From Clostridia bacterium (GTDB taxonomy: Bacteria > Bacillota > Clostridia > TANB77 > CAG-465), in NCBI GenBank assembly GCA_045534225.1, contig JAZSJJ010000004.1, forward strand, positions 57,750-121,749: 64,000 nt of DNA, read 5' to 3'. The notes below the pieces were generated by a model. The model worked only from the letters and a program-made list of their open reading frames with translations. It had not been told where the DNA came from and searched no databases. Within the stretch, counting starts at the first letter, position 1. Each line of letters opens with the position of its first letter. Both the position numbers and the translations under genes were made by a program. Positions 29,833 through 39,679 of this stretch are shown piece after piece.

Positions 29833-29865
29833 AAAAAACGACACTCATTCATACGAATAAGTGTC
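29833..29865 (-). terminator. Intrinsic terminator (ending tdk operon or a candidate sRNA)
   Basis: GACACTTATTC-GTAT-GAATGAGTGTC-GTTTTTT on the minus strand. Confidence 0.75.
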
Positions 29866-30000
29866 ATTCCTAATTTAATTTAAGTAGACATTCAACGACA
29901 AAATCGAATGTTCTCTATTATTCTATGTGTTTCTACTTTATATACACATATAAACATAATGAGATTATTTTGTCAAATGTATATTTTAACCTCTTATTTA

Positions 30001-30546
30001 TTATAAATTTATCGTACCCATTGAAAGCTTTTCATAACATTCCCTACATACAGGCATATAACCTGCTTCTCCAACAAGGATGTCTGAATCTTTTGGTCCA
30101 GAATAATATGTGTATATCGCTTCTTCTGATTTACATACATCACACACCGAAGTCATAAGCTCTATTTTATCTGCCATACACATTACTTCTCCCATTCTTC
30201 CAAATGGTTTTCTGTCTGATGTTAAGTTAAGTCCAGATATATATATTCTTTTGTCTTTATTTGCTAATCTGTTTATTGCATCTAGATCTCCATCTAAAAA
30301 TTGGAACTCATCTATTACATAAACATCCGCATCATACCTCTCTATATCTTCTATGCAAGAAATATTTAATGTATCTAACTCTTTTCCTGCTCTTGTTACT
30401 ATTTTTGTCTCAGCAAATCTATTATCTATACTAGGTTTAAATACTTTAATATCTTTACCTCTTATCTTTTGTATTGTTGCTGCTTCTATAGCTCTTTTAG
30501 TTTTGCCACACTTCATAGGTCCTGTAAATACATTAATACTTCCCAT
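30001..30546 (-). CDS. tdk: Thymidine kinase
   Basis: GPMKCGKT, FKPSIDNR, IDEFQF, CDVC...YMPVCREC. Confidence 0.92.
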   Translation of the reverse strand: MGSINVFTGPMKCGKTKRAIEAATIQKIRGKDIKVFKPSIDNRFAETKIVTRAGKELDTLNISCIEDIERYDADVYVIDEFQFLDGDLDAINRLANKDKRIYISGLNLTSDRKPFGRMGEVMCMADKIELMTSVCDVCKSEEAIYTYYSGPKDSDILVGEAGYMPVCRECYEKLSMGTINL

Positions 30547-30550
30547 AATA

Positions 30551-31279
30551 CTAACCTTCCATATCTTTATTTATATTATATTCCGCTATTACTTCGTAAC
30601 CATCCTGTTTGCTATATCTCAAATCATATATCTTTTGTGCGCATGTTGCAAATCTTAATTCTGCTGTCTTTTTATATGTTAAGTTTTGTAATCTTTTAGC
30701 AATTAGCTTTATTGGATTTGCATGAGTTACTATTAATATTGTTTTCTTTTCATTTTCCGGAACAAGTATTTCATCTAAAAACTCATTAAGTCTTTTTTCT
30801 ACATCTAAAATACTTTCTGAACGTGGAATTATATTCTCTAACTTCTTAATAGTTAAACCAAGTTTTTCCGAATACTCATTTAATGTTGTACAACGTCTTA
30901 AATCGTTTTCCGGAACAAGTCTATTTTCTAAATCTAACTTTTTCTCTGTTAATGTATTGTATTCTGGAAACGCTTTGGCATCTACTCTTTTCATACCTTG
31001 AAACATGCCATAATGACGTTCATTAAGTCTTAGGTCTCTTACTATTTTCCCTTTATACTTAAGTTCATCCGCAAATATTTTACCTGTATCATAAGTTCTA
31101 GATAAATATGATGTATACACTTTATCTAGCTTCACTGTACCAAGTAGCATTTGTATATCTTTAGCAGCAGTAACTGGCTCTTTTCTTCCCTTTGCTGTTA
31201 AAGGATAATCTCTCCAACCATTTATTACTCCCTCTTTAATACCTTTGCAATCCGCATGTCTCATGAATATTAATCTCAC
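30551..31279 (-). CDS. Histidine phosphatase superfamily protein (dPGM/GpmA-like)
   Basis: MRHA, GWRDYPLT, TSYLSR, RLNERHYG, ESILDV, VTHAN. Confidence 0.8.
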   Translation of the reverse strand: MRLIFMRHADCKGIKEGVINGWRDYPLTAKGRKEPVTAAKDIQMLLGTVKLDKVYTSYLSRTYDTGKIFADELKYKGKIVRDLRLNERHYGMFQGMKRVDAKAFPEYNTLTEKKLDLENRLVPENDLRRCTTLNEYSEKLGLTIKKLENIIPRSESILDVEKRLNEFLDEILVPENEKKTILIVTHANPIKLIAKRLQNLTYKKTAELRFATCAQKIYDLRYSKQDGYEVIAEYNINKDMEG

Positions 31280-31291
31280 GTTTTTTCCTCC

Positions 31292-32167
31292 TTATATTAT
31301 AGAGTCCACAAATTCCTTTGCATCAAATTCCTTTATATCGTCTATTTTCTCCCCTATACCAATATACTTGATTGGTATATTTAATTCGTTTATTATTGAA
31401 AATACTACGCCACCTTTTGCAGTTGAATCTAGTTTTGTAAGTATTATTCCATCTACACTTGTCTTATCGTAAAAAGCTTTAACTTGCTCTACAGCATTTT
31501 GGCCTGTAGTAGCATCTATTACCATTAATACTTCTGTATCAACACCAACAATATTTCTATCTATTGTTTTCTTTATCTTTTCTATTTCATCCATTAGATT
31601 TTTCTTGTTATGAAGTCTTCCCGCTGTATCACAAATTAATGTATCGTATCCTTCATCTGTATATTTTTTAGAAGCTTCAAATATTACTGATGCAGGATCT
31701 TGTCCATCTTTTCCTGATACACATTCTACTTCTGCAACTTCAGCCCAAAGTTCTAGTTGTTCCCTTGCACCGGCTCTAAATGTGTCTCCTGCTGCAAGTA
31801 AAACTTTATTTCCCATCTTTTTGTATATATTAGATATCTTAGCAATTGAAGTTGTTTTACCAACACCGTTGACACCAACAACTAATATTACATTTTTCTT
31901 AGGATCAAATACTTTAGCTTCTTCTAATGTTAAAATATCTACCATTTGTTCTTTCAAAAGTTCAATAACATGTTCTTTTGATGTATCATCTTCTTTTAAT
32001 AAATCTTTTCTTAATTTATTACAAATTTCTGATGTAGTCTTCATACCTACATCAGAAAGTATTAATAGTTCTTCTATTTCGTCTATGATTTCATCAATAT
32101 CTTCATGAGATTTAAATATGTTGTTAAACTTGTTTGAAAAAGCTTCTTTAATCTTTGAAAATATCAT
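31292..32167 (-). CDS. ftsY: SRP receptor FtsY
   Basis: GVNGVGKTT, DTFRAGA, DTAGRLHN, TKLDSTAKGG. Confidence 0.96.
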   Translation of the reverse strand: MIFSKIKEAFSNKFNNIFKSHEDIDEIIDEIEELLILSDVGMKTTSEICNKLRKDLLKEDDTSKEHVIELLKEQMVDILTLEEAKVFDPKKNVILVVGVNGVGKTTSIAKISNIYKKMGNKVLLAAGDTFRAGAREQLELWAEVAEVECVSGKDGQDPASVIFEASKKYTDEGYDTLICDTAGRLHNKKNLMDEIEKIKKTIDRNIVGVDTEVLMVIDATTGQNAVEQVKAFYDKTSVDGIILTKLDSTAKGGVVFSIINELNIPIKYIGIGEKIDDIKEFDAKEFVDSII

Positions 32168-32212
32168 TTTTGCTCCTTATATTATTTCGTTTAATATTAT
32201 AATAATTATTTA

Positions 32213-32710
32213 TTAAAACTTGTATCCACATTTAGTACAGAAGTTAACATCAACACCATGTACTGCTTTACATTCTGGGCATACTTTCTCTGTTATAACT
32301 TCTTCTACCTTCTCTACTGGTATTCTTACTTTCTTTTGTTTAGCGCCACAATGAGGACAGAACTTATTTTCTATTCCTATTGTTTCTTTACATTCTTCGC
32401 ACACTCTTAAATCTTTAAGATATAGTGTCTTAACATCTATTTTATCTATATCTTTATACATTTTTTCTATTCTCTTACATTCTTTTGCAAGTTCTGGTGC
32501 TACTTTTTCACCACTCTTATATTTTTCGTATACCATTACACCGATTTCACCAAGAGTTGCTGTTATTTCGTCTTCAATATCACTAGCTTGTATTTTAAGC
32601 TTAGTTTCTTCCATAAACTTAGAAGATTTATCTGCTACTGTTTTATATGTTTTTTCTGCAACGTCTCCTGCTTTATCTAATACGTCTTTTACTTTATCTT
32701 TAAATTCCAT
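32213..32710 (-). CDS. Double zinc-ribbon domain protein
   Basis: Helical N-terminus plus CEEC/CPHC and CPEC/CTKC. Confidence 0.8.
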   Translation of the reverse strand: MEFKDKVKDVLDKAGDVAEKTYKTVADKSSKFMEETKLKIQASDIEDEITATLGEIGVMVYEKYKSGEKVAPELAKECKRIEKMYKDIDKIDVKTLYLKDLRVCEECKETIGIENKFCPHCGAKQKKVRIPVEKVEEVITEKVCPECKAVHGVDVNFCTKCGYKF

Positions 32711-32749
32711 AATTAAACCTCCAATTATACCTTGTTTATATCACAAAAG

Positions 32750-34129
32750 TTATACAAGTTCAATGATTTTTGATACTATATTTTCAAATTTCATTCCTCT
32801 TGACGCTTTAGCTGCAATAAGAGAATCTGGCACTAAAAATCTATCTATATGTTCATAGAATATTTCCTTAGTTTTATACCAATTTGCTTTTAACTGTTTA
32901 TCTTCATCTAGGCTCTTATATGCGTCTTCCATATGTTCTCCAATAACAATTATATTCGTTATTTGCTTATCTATCGCATACTCTATAACAGACTTGTGAC
33001 CATTTAGCGTTTCATCACCCAGTTCATACATATCTCCCATTATTATTGTCTTGCAATCTCTATTAGATGCTGCTACAGTATCTATTAAAGATTTCATAGA
33101 AACAGGATTTGCGTTATATGTATCATCTATTAAAAGGATATTATTGTTAAGCTTTTTAACATCCATTCTCATTTTTATACCTTCATATGATTCAACACCT
33201 TTTATTATTTCAGCTATGGTCATATTATATCTTTTACCTACTGCTATACCTGTTAAAGCTGCATATACAAGATGTTTACTTAGTCCTGGTATTCTTAATT
33301 CATAAATATTGTTATCTATTAGAACTTCTGCTTTAACTACACCTTCTGTATAGTCTACTACCGCATCTATTGCTCTCACATTTGCATTTTCACTGTATCC
33401 ATACCATACTTTACTTATTGGATTAGTTACAGTTATTAGCATATCGTCATCTGCGTTAAGAATAGCTACACCGTTTTCTGGCATATTAGCAAACACCTCT
33501 GTCTTTGCTTTTAGTATGTTTTCTCTTGTTTTAAGATATTCAATATGCGCTACACCTATATTTGAAATAACTGCTGTATCTGGTTTAACTATCTTACTTA
33601 TACTATCTATTTGACCTAAATGGTCCATTCCCATTTCTATTACTGCCACTTCATGTTCACTCTTAAGTCCAAGTACTGTAACGGGCGCACCAATTTCGCT
33701 ATTTAAATTTCCTGCAGTTTTTAACACATTATATTTTATACTTAAAACTGATGCTATCATTTCCTTTGTAGTAGTTTTTCCTACACTACCTGTAATTGCA
33801 ACAACTGGTATATTAAATTTTGCTCTATACCAAGTTGCAAGCATTTTTAATGCTTCTAATGTGTTATCTACAAGTATGTATACTATTCCTTCTACATATT
33901 CTTCTAGTTCTTTTTCTATAACTGCTGCTACAGCTCCATTTTCCTTTGCCATACCTATATAACTATGGCCATCAACATTTTCCCCTACAATAGCAAAAAA
34001 TAGCCCATCAGTAGTTTTTACTCTACTATCTGTGACTACTTCTTGTACATAGGAGTCAAGGATAGTAGTTTTACCTACTACCTTTCCATTAGTTTTACTT
34101 ACTACATCTAACAATGATACGTTTTCCAT
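32750..34129 (-). CDS. murF: UDP-MurNAc-tripeptide--D-Ala-D-Ala ligase
   Basis: TDSR, TGSVGKTTTKE, EMGM, DDTYNANP, GDMYELG, KASRGM. Confidence 0.95.
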   Translation of the reverse strand: MENVSLLDVVSKTNGKVVGKTTILDSYVQEVVTDSRVKTTDGLFFAIVGENVDGHSYIGMAKENGAVAAVIEKELEEYVEGIVYILVDNTLEALKMLATWYRAKFNIPVVAITGSVGKTTTKEMIASVLSIKYNVLKTAGNLNSEIGAPVTVLGLKSEHEVAVIEMGMDHLGQIDSISKIVKPDTAVISNIGVAHIEYLKTRENILKAKTEVFANMPENGVAILNADDDMLITVTNPISKVWYGYSENANVRAIDAVVDYTEGVVKAEVLIDNNIYELRIPGLSKHLVYAALTGIAVGKRYNMTIAEIIKGVESYEGIKMRMDVKKLNNNILLIDDTYNANPVSMKSLIDTVAASNRDCKTIIMGDMYELGDETLNGHKSVIEYAIDKQITNIIVIGEHMEDAYKSLDEDKQLKANWYKTKEIFYEHIDRFLVPDSLIAAKASRGMKFENIVSKIIELV

Positions 34130-34153
34130 TGTTCCTCCTACTTTATTTAATAT

Positions 34154-35209
34154 TTAATTTACTTTACCACTATATTTTCTTAAAGATATTTCTATTATCT
34201 TTTCACATAAATCTCCATACTCTATACCAGCAGCTCTTGCTTCTTGTGGAAGTAGGCTTGTTGGTGTCATACCTGGTAATGTATTTGCTTCCAAACAATA
34301 TGGCAAATTATCTAAACTAGATAGCATAAAGTCTATTCTTGCATAAACATTCAAACCTAATGCTTTATATGCCTTTTCTGCCTCTTTTTGCATTAATGTT
34401 GTTATGAATGGATTTAAATTTGCAGGGCAAATTTCATCTGTCATACCAGCTTGGTATTTATTCTTATAATCGTAAAAACCAAATTTAGGAATTATCTCTA
34501 TAATTGGAAGTGCATTTCCTTCCATAACACCTACAGAGAATTCTCTACCACGAATATATTCTTCTACTACTACAGTGTCGTCATACTCTCTAGCATTTCT
34601 TACCGCTGCTCTTAGTTCATCCATATCTGTTGCTATTGTAACACCAACACTAGAACCACCGTTTGAAGGTTTTACTACCGCTGGAACAAATAAATCCATC
34701 TTTACATCATCAAATACTTGTTCTTTAGTTATAGTTAAACCTTTTGCCATTCTAACGCCTCTTGGTATTAACATCTTACGAGTAAGATCTTTACTCATAG
34801 CTATCATACTACCTTCATAGCCAGTACCAGTGTATTTAATTCCCATTAAATCAAAAGCTGCTTGAACTTTACCATTCTCACCGTTTTCTCCGTGTAACGC
34901 CATAAATACTATGTCTGATGCTTTACAAATATTTAATACATTTGGTCCAAAGAACACTTCAGGATCTTCTCTTAGAAGTTTTATTTCTTCTATATTAGCT
35001 ATTTGTTCACTAACTACAGATTTTCTATATAATCCATTTTCACCTAGTGTGAAAACTGTACTCATGTCTACATCTTTTAAGCCTAGATATACATCTAGCA
35101 ATACTACTTCGTGTCCTTTTTCTTTTAAGGCCTTGCATATTAAAGTTCCTGATGTTAATGAAACATCTCTTTCTGTACTTGTTCCACCACATAAAACTGT
35201 TATTTTCAT
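34154..35209 (-). CDS. ddl: D-alanine--D-alanine ligase
   Basis: GGTSTERDVS, LHGENGE, GGSSVG, YDYKNKY (Tyr omega loop, D-Ala-D-Ala type), EANTLPG. Confidence 0.95.
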   Translation of the reverse strand: MKITVLCGGTSTERDVSLTSGTLICKALKEKGHEVVLLDVYLGLKDVDMSTVFTLGENGLYRKSVVSEQIANIEEIKLLREDPEVFFGPNVLNICKASDIVFMALHGENGENGKVQAAFDLMGIKYTGTGYEGSMIAMSKDLTRKMLIPRGVRMAKGLTITKEQVFDDVKMDLFVPAVVKPSNGGSSVGVTIATDMDELRAAVRNAREYDDTVVVEEYIRGREFSVGVMEGNALPIIEIIPKFGFYDYKNKYQAGMTDEICPANLNPFITTLMQKEAEKAYKALGLNVYARIDFMLSSLDNLPYCLEANTLPGMTPTSLLPQEARAAGIEYGDLCEKIIEISLRKYSGKVN

Positions 35210-35285
35210 AATTATTTACTCTCCCTTATGATATATTTAATATATCCACTTCATTATATCACTATATATTTTATATTTCTACTAT

Positions 35286-37598
35286 TTATCCAATAATTTC
35301 TAGTGTTGTTCCTGTTATTATTAGCCTCTTCATTCCAGCTGTTTCAAATTTAATTTCTGCAACTTTCATATCCGAATCTTCTGTAAGATTTGTTACAATA
35401 CCAACACCAAACTTCTTGTGTCTAACCTTATCTCCCTCTTTAACATCTGCCCCGCTATTATTATCTTTAGCTACAACCTTACCGATGTTTACATTCTTTA
35501 AGAAACTAGATGCGTCAATTCCAATTTTAGAAGGAGCGCGTCTAGGCGAATATCCACCCATAGACTCACTTTCATTAATTTCATTAAATGTACTAGATAA
35601 CCAACTTTCCACTCTAGAATATTCACGATCTAGATATGTCTCTTGTTTCATCTTAGCTTTTTCTAGATTTTCTTTTGCGGCTTCATCTAGATATTCTTTT
35701 GGAATTTCTTCAGTAAATCTTGAAGGTATTGTATAAGTTGTTGTACCATACATTGTTCTTTGTTTTGAGTTTGTTAAGAACAGTTCCTTCTTAGCTCTTG
35801 TTATACCAACATAGCATAGTCTTCTTTCTTCTTCTATACCATTATCCTCATCTATACTTCTCTTTGATGGGAATAATCCTTCTTCCATACCTACTAAGAA
35901 TACTACAGGATATTCTAATCCTTTAGCATTATGCATAGTCATAAGGATAACTGCTTCACTATCTTCTTCTAGATTATCTACATCTGCTACTAAGGCAATG
36001 CTATCTAAGAAATCTGTTAAAGAATTATCTGCATTTTCTTCTTCAAATTCTTTTGCAACACCAAGTAACTCATAAAGGTTTTCTAGTCTAGATTCGTTTT
36101 CTTGATTCTTTTCTCTCATAAGTTCTGCTTCATAACCTGTAACTTCAAGTATTCTTTTCATAAGTTCAGATGGAAGCATTGTATCTTTAACTGCATTTAA
36201 GTCTAGTATTATATCCCTAAAGTTTGCTACTGCACCACTGCATCTAAGTTCTGCTATATTTGCAGGTTCTGTAATATACTCAAATGCACTAAGTCCCATA
36301 GACTCTGATTTTTCTTTTATTCTATCTACTGAAGTATCTCCAATACCTCGTTTAGGTTCGTTTATTATTCTAGTAAATGAAACATTATCTTTAAGATTGT
36401 TTACAAGTTTTGTATATGCTAATAAATCTTTAATTTCTTTTCTTGCATAGAACTTTGTTCCACCAATTAATCTATATGATGTACCTGTTTTCATAAACAC
36501 ATCTTCAATTACACGGCTTTGTGCATTTGTTCTATATAACAAAGCAAAATCTCCATATTTGAATTTGCCTGTTCTACACATAGAATCTATCTTATCTACT
36601 ATATATTCTACTTCGTCATATTCGTTTTTAGCAGTATAATATTTAACTTTTTCACCTTCATCGTTTTCTGTCCAAAGGTTCTTTTCTATTTTAGAAGTAT
36701 TGTTATTTATTACTGCATTAGCTACATTAAGTATTGTTTTAGTACTTCTATAGTTTTGTTCTAGCTTAACTATTTTGGCGCCATCATATTCTTTTTCAAA
36801 ATCTAGTATGTTAGATATATCTGCACCTCTAAATGCATATATACTTTGTGATTCATCACCAACAACGCACACATTACCATGCATAGCTGCAAGCATACTA
36901 ATTAGCATAAATTGTACGTGGTTTGTATCTTGGTACTCATCTACTAATATATGCTTAAACTTGTTTTGATAGTAACTTAGTCTATCTGGATTTTTCTTAA
37001 ATAACTCAACTGTGTAGTTTAGGATATCGTCAAAATCTAGCGAATTGTTTAACTTTAATGTTCTTTGGTATTCTTCATATATTTTTGCTATAGTTTCTTT
37101 TCTATAATCTCCAGTTGCTTCTTTCATATATTTTTCTGGAGTCTTCATTACATTTTTTGCTGCACTAATTTCGTTTACTAAACTAGATACAGAATAATTC
37201 TTTTCATCTATTTCAAATTTCTTAAGCAATTCTTTTAATACTTTTTGTTTATCTAGTTCATCTAATATATTAAAGTCTCTAGTAAAGCCTATAGCTTCTA
37301 TTTCTCTTTTTAATATTCTTACGCAAATTCCATGGAAAGTTCCAAGCCACATATCTTTAGCTTCATCTCCAACAAGACCTGTTACTCTTTCTTTCATTTC
37401 CTTTGCCGCTTTGTTTGTAAATGTAATTGCAAGTATCTCCCAAGGTTTACAAAGCCCTTGCTCTAAAAGATATGCAATTCTATATGTTAAAACTCTAGTT
37501 TTACCACTTCCTGCACCTGCTAATATTAAAAGTGGGCCATCTGTATATGACGCTGCTTCTCTTTGCACAGGATTTAATCCATTTAGTAATTCACTCAT
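35286..37598 (-). CDS. pcrA: ATP-dependent DNA helicase PcrA
   Basis: AGAGSGKT, TFTNKAA, VDEYQD, QNYRS, HNAKGLE, EERRLCYVGITRA, C-terminal HKKFG. Confidence 0.95.
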   Translation of the reverse strand: MSELLNGLNPVQREAASYTDGPLLILAGAGSGKTRVLTYRIAYLLEQGLCKPWEILAITFTNKAAKEMKERVTGLVGDEAKDMWLGTFHGICVRILKREIEAIGFTRDFNILDELDKQKVLKELLKKFEIDEKNYSVSSLVNEISAAKNVMKTPEKYMKEATGDYRKETIAKIYEEYQRTLKLNNSLDFDDILNYTVELFKKNPDRLSYYQNKFKHILVDEYQDTNHVQFMLISMLAAMHGNVCVVGDESQSIYAFRGADISNILDFEKEYDGAKIVKLEQNYRSTKTILNVANAVINNNTSKIEKNLWTENDEGEKVKYYTAKNEYDEVEYIVDKIDSMCRTGKFKYGDFALLYRTNAQSRVIEDVFMKTGTSYRLIGGTKFYARKEIKDLLAYTKLVNNLKDNVSFTRIINEPKRGIGDTSVDRIKEKSESMGLSAFEYITEPANIAELRCSGAVANFRDIILDLNAVKDTMLPSELMKRILEVTGYEAELMREKNQENESRLENLYELLGVAKEFEEENADNSLTDFLDSIALVADVDNLEEDSEAVILMTMHNAKGLEYPVVFLVGMEEGLFPSKRSIDEDNGIEEERRLCYVGITRAKKELFLTNSKQRTMYGTTTYTIPSRFTEEIPKEYLDEAAKENLEKAKMKQETYLDREYSRVESWLSSTFNEINESESMGGYSPRRAPSKIGIDASSFLKNVNIGKVVAKDNNSGADVKEGDKVRHKKFGVGIVTNLTEDSDMKVAEIKFETAGMKRLIITGTTLEIIG

Positions 37599-37600
37599 TT

Positions 37601-38335
37601 TTATATATTAACCTCTATTACTCCACCATAATCTACTACATCTAAATTCTCAAAATGATGGAATTTTAACCCTTTCTTCTCTATAAAATTCTTTATTTTA
37701 TTTGCATTTATTAAATTATTTACATCTCCGAATAATACAACAGTGTCTCCAAATCTAGCCATAGCTCCGCCAATAAAGCCTTCCATTTCGGAGTTCTTAA
37801 ATGACATTTGACTTTGCTTCTCAAAAATTTTGTTAGTTCTTGTTTTAAGCTTAACATCTGGTTCGTTTACATACAGCACTTCTATTCCTGCATCCATTAG
37901 AGCGCGTGCAACACCAATATCTGATGTGATACAAGAATTTTCATCTACTGGGAAAGTACTACATCTAGCATAACCTTGTCCAACATCTATTAGTCTATAT
38001 CCACTATTTATTAAATATGTTTTAACCACTTCATCTGTATATTTAAAGTTGTGTATTGCGTTGTTCCCCACTATGCACACGTTATATGGCACATCTAAAG
38101 GATATTTACCGCCCACATGTGTAACACAAGTAGTTGCCGCAAAAGGAAGTTCTGCCTCTTTTTCTGGCGCAACAAATAGTACTCTACCCACCTTTAAATA
38201 ATATATATCTACATGTGCAGATATTTCATCATACACATCTAAGTTAAAGTTATTTTCTATTAATTCGTAGCCTAAAGATTTAATAAATTCTTTCTCTACG
38301 TTTCTCATTCTAAAGTCTATAATTGCATATTTCAT
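37601..38335 (-). CDS. DUF6873-like protein
   Basis: AHVD, YPLDVPYN, QGYARCS, ITSD, GFIGGA, DYGG pattern. Confidence 0.6.
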   Translation of the reverse strand: MKYAIIDFRMRNVEKEFIKSLGYELIENNFNLDVYDEISAHVDIYYLKVGRVLFVAPEKEAELPFAATTCVTHVGGKYPLDVPYNVCIVGNNAIHNFKYTDEVVKTYLINSGYRLIDVGQGYARCSTFPVDENSCITSDIGVARALMDAGIEVLYVNEPDVKLKTRTNKIFEKQSQMSFKNSEMEGFIGGAMARFGDTVVLFGDVNNLINANKIKNFIEKKGLKFHHFENLDVVDYGGVIEVNI

Positions 38336-38395
38336 AAAGTAAAATCACCTGCTAAAAGTATACCTTTAAGCAGATAATTTGTCAATTGAAAACGA

Positions 38396-39199
38396 CTAAC
38401 CTAGAAGCATTTCATTGACTATTTTTTGCACAGCGTAATAATCATATCCAGCGGCTGTAAGTCTGTCTTTTCTTTCCTTACCATTCCCCCATTTTCCTTG
38501 CACAACTTCTTTTGCAATTTGTTCATTTGTTTTCTTGCCTAATAGTTTTTCATTAACTATATTTTGTATAGCATAATAGTCGTACCCAGCTGCTGTGAGT
38601 CTGTCTTTTCTTTCTTTACCATTCCCCCATAAACCTTTAATTACTTCATCTGCTATTTCTTCATTAGATTTTCTACTTTCACTACCTTCTTCATCTATTC
38701 CATTTATTCTATTTGCTTCTAAGATAATATAATCTAGCTTACTTAAAAGATATTTACCTGGGCAAGCAGTTGCAGTATACATGTTATGCCAAGTTAGATT
38801 TTCTCCTTTAACCAGCTTCCCTAAATTATTTCTTTTAGCCACATCTGCAACTAGAAGTATTAGCTTTTCCAAGGCTTTATCCGATACAGGATAATCTCCT
38901 CCCACCTTGCTATTAGATACTTCTATTGTTACAGATTCTTTGTTTGAGTCAAAATTGCTATTTGTATATGCAGTATCTTTTTCGTTTACATAGAGGGCCA
39001 CCCTTCCATCACTACCGATTCCGTAGTGACTAGAAGCTTTTCTATCCGGATTCTTAAATACATTTCCGCACTCTTCTATTGTTAATACTGCGCCCATATG
39101 ATGGACAGTTACCGCTTTTATCTTACTACCATTTCTTCCTAGCATATAATTTGTACTATTTGCTAAGATTGTTTTATCTATTAGTTTTGAATTACTCAT
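38396..39199 (-). CDS. N-acetylmuramoyl-L-alanine amidase (Amidase_2) with two CW_7 (Cpl-7) repeats
   Basis: TVHHM, ASSHYGI, SVTIE, WH...TACPG zinc motifs; two IAxEVxxGxWGNGKERKDRLTAAGYDY repeats. Confidence 0.9.
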   Translation of the reverse strand: MSNSKLIDKTILANSTNYMLGRNGSKIKAVTVHHMGAVLTIEECGNVFKNPDRKASSHYGIGSDGRVALYVNEKDTAYTNSNFDSNKESVTIEVSNSKVGGDYPVSDKALEKLILLVADVAKRNNLGKLVKGENLTWHNMYTATACPGKYLLSKLDYIILEANRINGIDEEGSESRKSNEEIADEVIKGLWGNGKERKDRLTAAGYDYYAIQNIVNEKLLGKKTNEQIAKEVVQGKWGNGKERKDRLTAAGYDYYAVQKIVNEMLLG

Positions 39200-39220
39200 A
39201 TTTCATATTACACCCCATAT

Positions 39221-39246
39221 ATTATATGAAATATATCTTTTTATGT
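39221..39246 (-). promoter_or_regulatory. Putative sigmaK-type promoter for the amidase
   Basis: AC-N16-CATATAAT matches the AC-N16-CATAnnnT consensus; short motif in AT-rich DNA. Confidence 0.45.
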
Positions 39247-39268
39247 TTTATATTTATTAATAAACAGA

Positions 39269-39300
39269 AAAACACACGCATATTATTGCGTGTGTTTCTT
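39269..39300 (-). terminator. Terminator after spoIIID-like gene
   Basis: AAACACACGCA/TGCGTGTGTTT. Confidence 0.75.
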
Positions 39301-39309
39301 GGATTAGTC

Positions 39310-39585
39310 TTAGGCTTTCTTTTTTGAATATTTTGCCTTCGTAGACTGACCGCCTCTTGTTGAGCGCTCGGTAACATTCTTTTCGACAAGCTCTGCAACT
39401 TTGTGTGCAAGTTCAGTGTCTCTTGTATACCGGTCGCATCTGTAATCCGCGAGTGCTCTGTGAACGTAAGACTTAGGGATGCCAAAATGTGCCGCTGTTT
39501 TTCTGATCGTGCTATTTTCGTACACATAATATTCTGCTATCTGCTGTCTTTTTTTCCGTCCTATCCTGTACTTCGATTTGAACAT
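39310..39585 (-). CDS. spoIIID: SpoIIID-like transcription regulator (diverged)
   Basis: IAEY...STIRKTAAHFGIPKSYVH...LAHKV...N..ER..RGGQSTKAKY matches the SpoIIID layout; GGAGG RBS. Confidence 0.75.
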   Translation of the reverse strand: MFKSKYRIGRKKRQQIAEYYVYENSTIRKTAAHFGIPKSYVHRALADYRCDRYTRDTELAHKVAELVEKNVTERSTRGGQSTKAKYSKKKA

Positions 39586-39679
39586 TTTTTACCTCCATAA
39601 ATTTATTTTGGTCTTTGTTTCAACCATATATATTATATTATTTTTTAAGCAAAAAGTAAAGTAAAGGGCCTAATTTTCG

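Noticed and set aside
34154-35209. Van-type D-Ala-D-Lac ligase
   Set aside because: Tyr in the omega loop, adjacent to murF, and no vanH/vanX/vanRS
39222-39527. Alternative-frame 101-aa ORF overlapping the spoIIID-like gene
   Set aside because: No RBS, runs through the terminator, and the other frame has family motifs
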